Part shown: one piece after another, positions 25,945 through 36,459 of the stretch
Numbering within the stretch: the first letter of the stretch is position 1
Layout of the letters: the number at the start of each line of letters is the position of its first letter
DNA from: Entomortierella parvispora E1425
Taxonomy: Eukaryota > Fungi > Mortierellomycota
Reading direction: 5' to 3'
Assembly: GCA_020891255.1 (NCBI GenBank)
Contig: BQFW01000002.1
Span: forward strand, 248,001 to 312,000
Length of the DNA stretch: 64,000 nt
Program-made: the position numbers and the translations under genes
Notes under the pieces: generated by a model
Told to the model about the DNA's origin: nothing
The model's input: the letters and a program-made list of their open reading frames with translations, nothing else
Databases searched by the model: none

Positions 25945-26208
25945 CCCCAGTCTCCAGTCTCCAGTCTCCAGAGGCGTCCTTTTTTTTTCTTTATCTGATC
26001 CTTCCAATTGAGGCATACCGAGCTGTTCTACAGTTCTACTCACTTTTTAGTCTTGTTTTTGTATCCTGAGAATTATCCCAGCTTTTTTTTTTCTTTCTTC
26101 AAAGTGGGTGGGGCTTTCCTTGACGACTTTGACATGTTCAAAAAAACTGGAGACTGGAGACTGAAAACTGGAGACTGGAAATTGGAGGCTGGAAATTGGA
26201 AACTGGGG
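25945..26208. repeat. Two oppositely oriented heptamer arrays: (TCTCCAG)n at 25945-25971 and (CTGGAGA)-like x9 at 26147-26208
   Basis: Read directly; the two arrays are reverse complements about 175 nt apart. Confidence 0.85.
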
Positions 26209-26424
26209 TCTATCGATCTAGGGAGTGAGGTCTCTAGTCGACATTGTCTGCACTTTCCTGATGAAACCATGTCGCGTCTGCCCGAAAGGGTTCTTAGAAT
26301 GCAAACGAAGTTCCAAACTGCCTTTCAATCTAGCTATGAAACAAAGGTGCTTTTGCTTTTTATTTCCAATGCCACCTCCCTTGAAGAGGTTACCTTTTTT
26401 GTTGTTGTTACAGTTGTTTTGCGC

Positions 26425-28420
26425 TCAAACGACTGCTGCTGCTGTTGCCTCACTTGCGCTTTGATTCTTTGCTGCTGCTGCTGCTTCCAGGATCGCTAAT
26501 GTTTTCGTCAAACTGGGTTGGGGGGCAGGCGGTACTGTTCCCTTATCCTCTGCCAAGGGCAAAAATGAAGCTTGTGGCCTGAACGCTGAAGCTTTCTTCA
26601 GAACCATCATCCAGACCCAATTGGGGAGATTCTTTTGAAAGAATCGAGCAAATACACCTTTGAAGCTCTGTAGAGATCAAGTGTGAGGAGAATGCAAAAG
26701 AAAAAGAAAAAAAAATTAGTCGGAAAGTCGACGGGGAAAGATGGGGTACGTACAGTGTGTGGTTGTTGCTAATGCTGCTCTTACCGCGGCACTCGTTGAC
26801 GCGTAATAGCGACTCTTCCTGAAGCCTGCAATTGCCACTGGGTGTCGCTCTGTATGATACTCTTTGAAAACGTTTTCGATCGTAGCCACATCGTCCGTGG
26901 AAGACAAGGTGTTGATCCAATTGGCAAGGCACACTGCATCTTGCATGGCTGTAGCAGCACCCACAGCTCCGAATGGACTCAGTTTGTGACAAGCTATAGA
27001 AAACAAGAGAGAAACTAATTAATCTCCAAGAATCCAACGTCTCTTGACTCGAAGTGCAAGTTTGGTCAGATGCCCTTACCATCGCCAATGAGTACGGTCC
27101 GACCAGAGTACCATTTCTTGAAGACCTTTTCTTCCAACGCGACTTTGGAAATCAGCTCCTTGGGCGTGAGGTCGATCAAAGTTCCAAGAGTCGTGCCTGA
27201 GCCGGGCAATCCATGAGGCACAGCAAAATCACGGACTTGATTGGCCATGGCCCCCACGGCCTCAGGGCCCCATTCCGAAGTCCTGAATGTGTCGTGTTCC
27301 TTGAGAGTGGTCTTGTCCAGATATTGAATGACCATCCAACACAACGTATTATACTTTGTGGTGAAGGTGATCCACTAGACGATATAGGAATGCCAGTGTT
27401 AGTCTATAGACCAGACTTGTCATGTGCGAAGGAAAAAAAAGTCTTTTTCTCCATCTTACCGTGTACATGTTGCCGTTCATGGTATTGCATTGGCACTCAT
27501 CCAACAGCAATTCTGGGTACAACTCAGGGTCCAGTGGACCCGTTTGACCGACAAGGCAGACACAGTTGTAGGGCAGGGGTGTATCGTCCGAAGGCGGCAA
27601 CGTTCCTTGATCCTTCAAGAGTTTGAAGATGCCCTGCCTGACAGCAGAGTTTGTTCCATCGGCGCCCACGAGCAAATGTGCATCGTGCTCGGAACCATCG
27701 GAGCAAGTCAAGCGAACACCGCTCATACCACGACTGTCCTTGTCACTCTCCTCCACGTTCTTGAAGGTCAGGACGCGTTTGTTGAAAAGGATCTTTTCTT
27801 TTGGGATCTGGCGGTAGAGGATTTCGTACATGGCTGGACGGGAAAGAATTCTACCCTCGGCTCCGCCCCTATTCATTTTGTATCCCCAAAAAGTGGAGCG
27901 AGAGTTCGTGTGTACATCGTATCAGTAAGAGGGTCCAAAAGGGCGCTACTGCTTTTTACCGACATTTGAATGGATTGATAGAGTGAAAGCTTACAGAACC
28001 GCACGCGGTGAAAAGTCAACGCTAAAGTCTAGGACCGCCTTCTCGTCTCTCATCATGACCTTGTTGCTCACCAGCGACGCATTGACAAAGTCCTCATAGA
28101 TGCCTATTTGACGAAAGAGTCCTGCGACATTGTCGCCAAGGGACAAAGCCGAGCCTAGAGGATTCAACCGCCAAAGGTTAAAAAAAAGGGGCGAGGTTCA
28201 GTTTAAAAGGTTCCAATGAGACGTCCAACAAATTAACTGCACTCAAGAGATACGTACCCAAGGGCTTTACGGTGGGAGAGCGTTCAAGGACCTTGTAGGG
28301 GATCCCGGCCTTCTCCAGGAGGATAGCGAGAGTCAGGCCGCCCAGACCGGCGCCGACAATGATGACGGTTGGGCGATTTGAGGCTGGGGAGGGTAGTTGA
28401 GAAGAACTTGAGGTGGACAT
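26425..28420 (-). CDS. FAD-dependent monooxygenase (FAD_binding_3 family, multi-exon)
   Basis: IIVGAGLGGL dinucleotide motif, LVGADG, LIGDACHKLSPFGAVGA (GD motif); exons join in frame to the stop at 26427-26425. Confidence 0.92.
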
Positions 28421-28977
28421 GCTTTTTTTTTTTTCAAAGCCTTTGGGAAGTAGGAAGGTGACTGTACGATTTGAAATGGAGAACAAGAGAGGAAAGAGAT
28501 GATGATGATCCATTCCACCCTCTTTTTCATCCCATTGGCAATGCTCTCATCTCTGTCCATTCTCCATTCCACGAGGGTGTCCCCCACCCCCGACTGAGTG
28601 CTGTGCGACGGAGCTAGTAAAGGGGTGCAGCATGAAAAAAAAAAGAAAGAGACGTTGGTTGCTGAGAGCACATGCATGCACAAACAGTTATTAAAAGGGT
28701 GAGGACACCGTGTGGTGAAAAAAAAGACTTGATGTCCCCTTTTTTCCTTCTGCTTGTTCATCAGAGTCGAATATCGACAATCTGGAGACTGACCCTTGCT
28801 GCAGGTCAACCCCCACATACCTCTCTATTGTCACCACCTTTCCTGCCCCTAGTTCGATCGTTTGCATCAGGAGACAAGTTTTTCTTTTATTGTGGAGTTG
28901 AAAAAAAAAAAAAAGCTGTGGTGAGGATTGCAAGGCAAGGGAGAACCTGAATTGGACACGGTAAAAGAGAAAAGGGT

Positions 28978-30094
28978 CTAAGCACGGTGGGGCTTGAACG
29001 CGTCCTTCTCCTTCTTCAAAAAGTCCTTGATGGGTCGACCGTGATGTCCCAGGATCTTTTCCAGATCGTGCGAGACAAAGCCCGCCTTCTTCTCCTTGAC
29101 CAACTCAAACTCGTCCAGCAACAACTTGATCATGGCCTCGTTCGGGGCAAAGTGATGGTGTCCCTCTCGCTCACCTCCCACGATCTTGCTCATCGTGGCT
29201 GCTGCAGTCGCCGCCAAATGGCTCGCACTTCCGGTCACCGCTGGTCGCAAGAGGCTCTGACAGCTCTCCACATCGAGCTCTTCGTCCCAATCGGCACGGT
29301 TCTTGAGCGACTCCAAGTACTTCTTGAGCTCCTCTCGGCTGATGTGCTTGAACTCGATCTTCTCGCCAGTGGCCTCCTGCAGCTCCTGGCAAAGATGCTC
29401 AGGCGTAATGGTCTGAGGGCCAGTCAAGGTATAGGTCTTGTTATGGTGCTTTCCAAAGCCGATGGCCTCTTCTTCCGTCAACTGAAGCTGCTGATCCTTT
29501 TCAAGTTCCTCCGTCAGGCGTTCACCTTCGCGGACACGACGACAGTGCTCGACAATGATTGTCTCGATGGCACAGACAAGGTCGCAGGCATCCAAGGGAG
29601 TCATCTCGCAGGTGCGATCACAGGTCAGCGGGAACTCTTTCTTCTCCTGGACGATGGAGGACCAGAGCAAGAAACATTGGTCCAAGATGCTCTTTCGCAG
29701 GATCAAGTAGCCCTTGTCACATTCCTTCTCGACCATCTTTTCAATCTCGTGGAAGCCCTTCAACTCGTGCAGACCACCGCTGGGACCGGCCTCGTTGGCG
29801 CCCTGGACCGAGATCATCATACACTTCTGGACCCTTTGGTTCTTCATGGCGGAGAGAAGATGCTTGGCCTGCTCGACCCGACGTTCGTCCATTTCGGGGG
29901 TCAGGATGGTGGCGCAGACCTGGTGGAGGGCCTTCTCGAGGGTCTCCTTCTTGTCGTAGCAAATCTCGTGCAGACGGACGTTCTTGAACTTTTTGAGCTT
30001 CTCGAGATGCTGGGTCTTGCGGGCCAGACAGATGAGTTCGACATCCTTGCACCTCTTCTCGAGTTCTTGGGCCAAATGGAGGGCTACACAGCAG
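28978..30094 (-). pseudogene. NmrA-like NAD(P)-binding protein, 3' part (codons 30-401), cut off by the retrotransposon
   Basis: Removing the element and one CTCGG copy gives a continuous ORF ..IAITSVDSWLG|CCVALHLA..; a Rossmann-like start and TYTLTGPQTITP..I.F..IS.EE resemble NmrA/atypical SDRs. Confidence 0.8.
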
Positions 30095-30099
30095 CCGAG

Positions 30100-30210
30100 T
30101 GCAATAGGAGTATCGAGGGTGGAGTGGAGACAAGAAGTGAGTTTTATTATATTGCAAGTTTCTAGCTTTTGTAGGTACACATCGCGTGATGTCACCGTAT
30201 TCCTGTTACA
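30100..30210 (-). repeat. 3' LTR (111 bp)
   Basis: Minus strand TGTAACAGG...CCTATTGCA; identical to 35056-35166. Confidence 0.97.
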
Positions 30211-30222
30211 CCTTCCCCTTTT
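30211..30222 (-). other. Polypurine tract
   Basis: AAAAGGGGAAGG on the minus strand directly 5' of the 3' LTR, overlapping the pol stop codon. Confidence 0.9.
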
Positions 30223-33124
30223 AAAAAATGATACCGTGCTGCTCTTTGAAGGTTGTGACCAAGTCCATGCAGTTGTCCAAGTTGCTTACTGGAAGCCATT
30301 CGTCAGCTTCTCTGCCGTAGCCTTTGAATGACACTAGGAACTGGTGTTGTCTGCGGTAGAAGCGGTACTTTAAAATTTCGTCCACTTCATACTCCTCTTC
30401 GCCGTCAATTACAGTGGGATCCACGGGGGCAGGAGCTCGAATGCCGAGTGACTCCGGGGACGGCAAGTAGGGTCGAAAAGGTATCAACGTGGAAGACATC
30501 ATGGATTTTGTAGAATGGTGGCAGCTCGACGCGGAACGTGACAGGTGAGTGTTGCTCCAAAAGTGTGAACGGGCCAAGGAACTGGGGTCGAAGCTTATCG
30601 GCTGGTCTGATACTGTCGGCAGGGATGGTGATATTGGTGGCACGCAGCAGGACCTTATCGCCAACCTTGTACTTGTGATCCCGTCGTCGCTTGTTTGCCT
30701 GTTGCTTCTGATGATCCTGAGCACGCTGCAGAGCATCCTGGGCCAGGGCAAGGGTGGTCGCCTGCTCAGTCAGGAAGGTATCGACAGTGGGGACTGAGCT
30801 GCTGGGTTTACCGAGGAGAGCGGTGGGGAGACGAGGGTGCTGGCCAGAGTTGAGGAAGAACGGCGAGTATCCCGTGGATGCATTGACAGCGTTGTTATAG
30901 GCGAATTCCAGCGACGGAAGGAGCTGGTCCCAGTTAGACTGTTTGTTGTCAATAAACGCTCTCAACATAATCTTCAGCGTCTTGTTCATAACCTCTGTCT
31001 GCCCATCCGTCTGTGGGTGGTAGGCGGTTGACAGTGCAAGTTTGACATCCATTAGCCTGTGCAACTCTTGCCAGAATCTACTAGTGAATCGAGTGTCGCG
31101 GTCCGAGATGATGGATGTTGGTGTGCCATGCAGCTTAAAGATGTTGTCAAAAAACTGGTGGGCGACGTCGACGGCTGTGGCAGAGGTAGTACTGGGGACG
31201 AAGTGAGCTTGCTTGGTCAGCTTGTCGACAAACACTGTGATGGCGTCAAAATTTCTAGCTGTGGGCGGAAGAGGGCCGATGAAGTCCATGGTGACTACCT
31301 CCCAACGTTGCGAAGGAATGGGTAGCGGTTGCAAGAGTCCAGCTGGTCGATCCTGTGAGTCCTTGTTCCTTTGACACTTCTCGCAGGTTGCTACATACTG
31401 CTGGGTATCCTTGGCGATGTGGGGCCAATATACGAAACGGCGCAGGTTGTCGTAAGTCTTTTGAAAACCAAAGTGTCCAGCAGTGGCAGAGTCGTGAGCG
31501 TCGTGCAAGAGAGTGAGGCGGATCGGGGAGTGCCGAGGGATGGCCAGGGTGGTTGCTCCACGTCGGGTAAAGTAGAGGAGGTTGTTCTGAAATGAATATC
31601 CATTGGCAACTTTCCCATCCAGGCAATCCTTGTAGATAGGTCCAAGTCGAGGATCGTCGTTGTAGTCCTGGACAAGCTGGTCACGGACGTCCGGGGACAA
31701 GGAGACGCTGAGGTTGTATAGCTCAACAGGGTCAGGCTCGCGGTAGTCCGGTCGTCGGGAGAGAGCGTCTGGGACGATGTTGTCAACTCCTCGCTTGTAC
31801 TTGAAGTCAAAGTCGTATTCCTGAAGCAACTCCATCCAGCGAGCCTGTCGACGAGTGAGTTTGGGCTGTGTGGGGAAGTGGCGGAGGGTGGCGTGGTCGG
31901 TGTGGACGCTGAACTTGGTTCCATCGAGGTAGTAGCGCCAAGTGCGGAGTGCATGGATGACAGCCAACAGTTCCTGCTCATGGACAGGGTAGTTCCGCTC
32001 AGCTGACTGCATTTTCCTGGAAGTGAATGCGATGGGATGGGTATTCCCTTCCCGGTCAGTCTGCAGCAGCACTGCACCGATGGCGAAACCGGATGCATCT
32101 GTTTCGACAAAGGTGAGAGATCAGGGTCGAAGATGCGGAGGACGGGGGCGGAGCAGATGGCGCGTTTGAGCTGAAGGAATGCAGATTGTTGTTCGTCGGT
32201 CCATTTGAAGGGAGTGTTGTTGGCGAGGAGGGAAGAGAGAGGGAGGGCAATCCCTGCAAAGCCCGATACGTACTGTTGATAAAATTGCGCAAGCCCCAAA
32301 AATTGCTGGACGTCCTTTGTGCTCTTGGGGGTGGGCCAGTCACTGATGGCTTTGCTGAGCCCGGCCGATGTTTTGATCCCGTCCTTCGTGATGGTGTGGC
32401 CCAAAAATTCAGTTTCGTCTTGCATGAAGGAGCACTTGCTCAATTTCGCGTACAGACCGTTCTTGCGGAGGAGAGCCAGGACGCTTCGGAGATGCTGCAG
32501 GTGTTCTTTCTTTGTCTTGGAGTAGATCAACAGATCGTCGAGATACACGACAACCCATTTGTCCAAGACTGGATCGAGTACTCGCAACATCATATTGGAG
32601 AACGAAGCAGGAGCGTTAGTAAGGCCAAAGGGAACAACATTGAACTCAAAGTGACCATAGCGACAACGGAAGGCAGTCTTGTGTGTGTGTGGTTCAAAGA
32701 TACGCTGCTGATGATAACCGGATAACAAGTCCAACTTGGAGTAATAGCGTGCTCCACGGAAGCGGTCAAGTAGCTCGTCGATACGGGGCAACGGGTGTCT
32801 GTTCTTCCTGGTGATCTTGTTGAGGCCACGGTAGTCGACGCACATTCGGAGTGTGCCGTCCTTCTTCCGCACAAAGAGCACGGGGGCGCCATAGGGAGAG
32901 GTACTGGGTTTGATAAAACCTGCTGCTAGCAATTGGTCCAGTTGTTTGCGAAGTTCGTCAAGCTCGGCGATTGAAAGTCTAATGACAGGGCGGAAGGGTG
33001 GGTCGGCTGTCGGGTCGGTCTCGATCTTCATAGCATCACCACGGTCTGGGGGCAGGCCGTCCGGGAGTTTCTCCGGAAAGACATCAGCGAACTCTTCCAT
33101 GACAATGGACCGCACCTCTGGGGG
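30221..33124 (-). CDS. pol: Retrotransposon pol (RT, RNase H, integrase, chromodomain), with two internal frame breaks
   Basis: VVYLDD (RT), ETDASGFAIGAVL (RH), H..H/CEKC, TMDFI/SDRD/GQTE (IN), GPF, and EYEVDEIL..FLVSFKGY..DEWLP (chromodomain); frame breaks near 32117 and 30477. Confidence 0.92.
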
Positions 33125-34016
33125 TCATATCGGGAATTGTACGCGGTTGGTCAGTTTCTTCAGAGGGCTCTGGGGTGTTGCGAATAAGGGCCAGGAACAC
33201 CTCCGAGCCGGGCAGGGTTGCCATGGAATGAAAGTGCATGTGTGTGAGGAGGAGTCCTTTGGTGCGGCTTTGGATGTGATCGGCCTTGAAGCCGCGGCAG
33301 CTCCATTTGACATCGATTCCATTGTGAGTGAAATGAAGATCGTTGGTGCGCCAATTGATGCAAGGGTTAACTTTGGTGAGCCAGGGTTTGCCAAGGATGA
33401 GGTCGTATTTGTTGAGAGGATAGAGAATAGGGTTGAGCGAATCGGAGTAGTCGCTGCGGTTGAGGGTGATGGGGACGGTGTGTGATGTGAGGGAGGAAGA
33501 GCCATTGGGGAGGAGGATGGGGATGGGCAAGCATTCAGTGCGGAGGAGCTGGTGTCGCTTTTGAAAAGACGAACTGATAATATTACCTTCTGCACCACCA
33601 TCAATCAGGATTCTGGCAGCGTGGCCATTGACAGAACCGATGAAAGTGAGCAGTTGGCTCTCTGCCTTTTGGACAGTGAATTCGTGTAGGCGAATCGCAC
33701 GACGCTTCAACTTCTTCAACTGACTTTTGGACAGAGGTACACTAGGTGCCGGCGGTACAGCGAGAGGGTCCGGTTCATCTGTATCGGAGGATCTAGGTAG
33801 AGGAGCGGACAGGGCAACTGGAGCGGGCGAGGCAACAGGTTTTTTGGTTTGGTTTTGGTTTCGGTCCGATAGAACAACCAGAGCATCGTGGATGTGAGTT
33901 CGCTTGTCATGATTGGAGTCATGTTTCTGAGGTGTAGAATCAAGTGAAGTTTTATTTGAGGTACTTAGCTCAGGGTTGTTGGCTACAGTTTCGACAACTG
34001 GGGGTCCGGACCGACC
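33084..34016 (-). CDS. pro: Retrotransposon protease ORF, in frame with gag behind a single UAG
   Basis: No stop in the gag frame from 34016 to 33087 (checked codon by codon to 33720, ORF track beyond); ILIDGGAEGNII active site and YDLILGKPWL motif. Confidence 0.88.
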   Translation of the reverse strand, partial: GRSGPPVVETVANNPELSTSNKTSLDSTPQKHDSNHDKRTHIHDALVVLSDRNQNQTKKPVASPAPVALSAPLPRSSDTDEPDPLAVPPAPSVPLSKSQLKKLKRRAIRLHEFTVQKAESQLLTFIGSVNGHAARILIDGGAEGNIISSSFQKRHQLLRTECLPIPILLPNGSSSLTSHTVPITLNRSDYSDSLNPILYPLNKYDLILGKPWLTKVNPCINWRTNDLHFTHNGIDVKWSCRGFKADHIQSRTKGLLLTHMHFHSMATLPGSEVFLALIRNTPEPSEETDQPRTIPDMTPRGAVHCHGRVR

Positions 34017-34937
34017 CTAGTTGCCGGAGGCTTTTCCCGAATCAGGGGATTCACCCGCGGTTACTTGATTAATTCCTCGGCTGCCGTTGCCGTACTTAGG
34101 GCAATTGGGACTGATGTGACCCAATTCGCGGCAGCGGAAGCAGCCACCGTTACGTACAAGGTACTCTCGGTCGGCGGCGGTCAGGGGTGCGGGGCGATCT
34201 CGAGAAGGGTTGTTAGTACCGTTGGTGGGGCGGTTCTGTAAGGAGCGGTGAAGGGTGCCGAGTTGCTTGTGGATATTGTTGAGTTGGATATGAATATTGT
34301 CCACTTCCATTGCGTTGGGGTCGGTGATACCAGCAGAGGATCCCGAGGCAGCCAGTGCTTTGGCACCGAGTGATGGGTCTTCAGTGTGGAAGATACGACC
34401 GAACTCCTCCGCGGCCTTAAAGAGTCTGGGCAGATCTATGGTGTCGTTGCCTGCATTAACAATGGCCACTTCCAGCATCTGGCGAAGCTGGGTAGGTGCA
34501 CCACTGAGAAAGGCAGTACGGATAGTATCGTTGAGAACTGCGTTGTCGGCGTAGTAAGACTGGAGGAGCAGGTGGTATTCACGGGCTTTGGTAATATAGG
34601 CCATGACGTTGGAGATGTTCAGTGGCAGTGTCATTTTCATTTGCATTGTGAGGGCGAGAATGTGCTCCTTAAACTTCGCAGGGCTGAACTCGGCGGCAAG
34701 GAGCTCGCTGAAATCCGGGAATGAGGTGTCGGATGGCTTGTTTAAGAGTGCCCACCAGCCGATAACCTCATCGCCGGCAAAGGCAAGGGTGACCCCGACT
34801 TTGCGAGATTCGGCAATTCCAGCGCCATCGAAGAAAAAGGTCATGCGTTTCAGAAAACCGAGAACAGAGAATCCGTCGCGCTTGCCGTTGAACGGTGTTG
34901 GATGAGGGAATTTGAATGACGGTGTCGCGGAGTCCAT
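34017..34937 (-). CDS. gag: Retrotransposon gag (306 aa)
   Basis: P..FNGKRD start, retrotransposon-gag-like helical region, CX2CX4HX4C knuckle CFRCRELGHISPNC. Confidence 0.92.
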   Translation of the reverse strand: MDSATPSFKFPHPTPFNGKRDGFSVLGFLKRMTFFFDGAGIAESRKVGVTLAFAGDEVIGWWALLNKPSDTSFPDFSELLAAEFSPAKFKEHILALTMQMKMTLPLNISNVMAYITKAREYHLLLQSYYADNAVLNDTIRTAFLSGAPTQLRQMLEVAIVNAGNDTIDLPRLFKAAEEFGRIFHTEDPSLGAKALAASGSSAGITDPNAMEVDNIHIQLNNIHKQLGTLHRSLQNRPTNGTNNPSRDRPAPLTAADREYLVRNGGCFRCRELGHISPNCPKYGNGSRGINQVTAGESPDSGKASGN

Positions 34938-35026
34938 GTTGGGTAAATTGTCGAGGGAGAGTTGATCGAAGAGAGATACGAGGGGGTCCAGGGTGTGAGT
35001 GTGTCGGAGGGTCAGTGGGTCAGTGA

Positions 35027-35055
35027 GGTCAGTGGATCGAAAACCTTTGCTACCA
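35027..35055 (-). other. Primer binding site, probably for tRNA-iMet
   Basis: TGGTAGCA directly after the 5' LTR, followed by GGTTTTCGATCCA; both resemble the complement of the eukaryotic initiator tRNA 3' end and T arm. Confidence 0.7.
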
Positions 35056-35166
35056 TGCAATAGGAGTATCGAGGGTGGAGTGGAGACAAGAAGTGAGTTT
35101 TATTATATTGCAAGTTTCTAGCTTTTGTAGGTACACATCGCGTGATGTCACCGTATTCCTGTTACA
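35056..35166 (-). repeat. 5' LTR (111 bp)
   Basis: Identical to 30100-30210. Confidence 0.97.
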
Positions 35167-35255
35167 CCGAGCCAGGAATCGACGCTGGTGATGGCGATGC
35201 GCTTCAGCTTGTCGCCACCGAGAGACGTGGAGGAGGTGCCGGAGACAGAGGACAT
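35167..35255 (-). pseudogene. NmrA-like protein, 5' part (codons 1-30)
   Basis: ATG 35255: MSSVSGTSSTSLGGDKLKRIAITSVDSWLG, which then runs into the LTR and stops after VTGIR. Confidence 0.85.
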
Positions 35256-35746
35256 GGTTTGGTTTTGAAAGAGAGGTGTTGTTGTTGGTATGTGGAAGGC
35301 TTTTTACCAGTTCACGAGGAGAGGGTGCGGAGAGAGAGAGGAGGAGGCAGATATATGAGATGGCAGCGAGGGTCCTTTTTATAACAATAAAGGCAACAAA
35401 GACCTGTAGTTCTATCAGTGCGGCAGAGGGAGGAAAGGAAAAAAGACCCCGGATGGCTGATGGGTGAGGGCAGATGGCATCATGTCTGCCCACAGACTGA
35501 TGGCAGCACTGGGAAGGGCCAAGCGACCATGGCCACGTCAACCAAGCCAGGCCATTGCGACGCGTTCCGTAGTCGAGAGAGGGCCATTCCGCACGCGTCC
35601 GGGCCTTTTGTCGCCTGCGCAAATCGGAGTGCAGCAAAGCCACTGCGGGAATGGGCCGTTGGCTGGGAAAGCAGATCGCATTCATTTCCTCGCCCTCATT
35701 TCCCTCCCTCTTCATTCCGTTCCTCCATCCTACAACCCTTTATACC

Positions 35747-36459
35747 ATGCACATTCTTACAAGAGCCGAAGAGGAGGTCCTCTTCAAGACCCTCAAGGCT
35801 AATGCCCTCAAGGAATGCGATCCCATCGTCAAGCGTAAAAATAACCCCCGACAAACACTCAGAGATCCAATGGACTCTTTGTTGCTCATTGTCTTTTTTT
35901 TCTTTTCTTCATGCTGTTCTTCAATGCCATCTCCATTTCTTGTTCTGACCTTTACTTTCCTCTATAGAATTTGTCGAATGTACACATGGAAAGCTCGTGA
36001 CCGTTCTCTGGGCTTGCAGGAAGCAGCACAGAGCCATGAACGACTGTCTGATGGCTCTGTAAGTGTCCATCTATCTTCAGCATGGAGCAAAAAAAAAAAA
36101 AAATCTATAGAGTACTTCACAGGGAACCTCTTGTTGATCGGAACTAACCAAAAAAACCCCGTCTCCCGTCTCTCTTGTTCTTTTCTTTCTTTGCCTCTCC
36201 TTTGTCACCGACTCTCTCTCATTGGACTCCAACGAAAAATAACCCGACATTTTTCGACACGATACGAAATCGCAAATCAAAAAAAAACCATCAAAAACAA
36301 AACAGGACGACACAAGCGGATATGGACAAGCTAAAGATTCAATACTTGAACGATCTGGCCGAGGGCAAGGTCGACCATGCTCAGATTCAAAGAGAACAAA
36401 AGCAAAAGGAAGAGGAACTCAAGAGGAAGAGCAAGAGCAACGCACCCGGCGTACATTAA
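35747..36459 (+). CDS. CMC1: Twin CX9C mitochondrial cytochrome c oxidase assembly protein
   Basis: Three exons give MHILTRAEEE..ECDPIVKQFVEC..WACRKQHRAMNDC: two exact CX9C motifs. Confidence 0.9.

Larger units (their letters stand above)
30100..35166 (-). mobile_element. Full-length Ty3/Gypsy chromovirus LTR retrotransposon (5,067 bp) with 5-bp target-site duplication
   Basis: Identical TG..CA LTRs, ccgag at 30095-30099 and 35167-35171, PBS, PPT, and domain order gag-PR-RT-RH-IN-chromodomain. Confidence 0.98.

Noticed and set aside
28987-30165. 392-aa plus-strand ORF
   Set aside because: It is the antisense shadow of the NmrA-like CDS caused by codon bias, with no independent motifs. The same applies to 23573-24574 opposite creA and to similar antisense ORFs.
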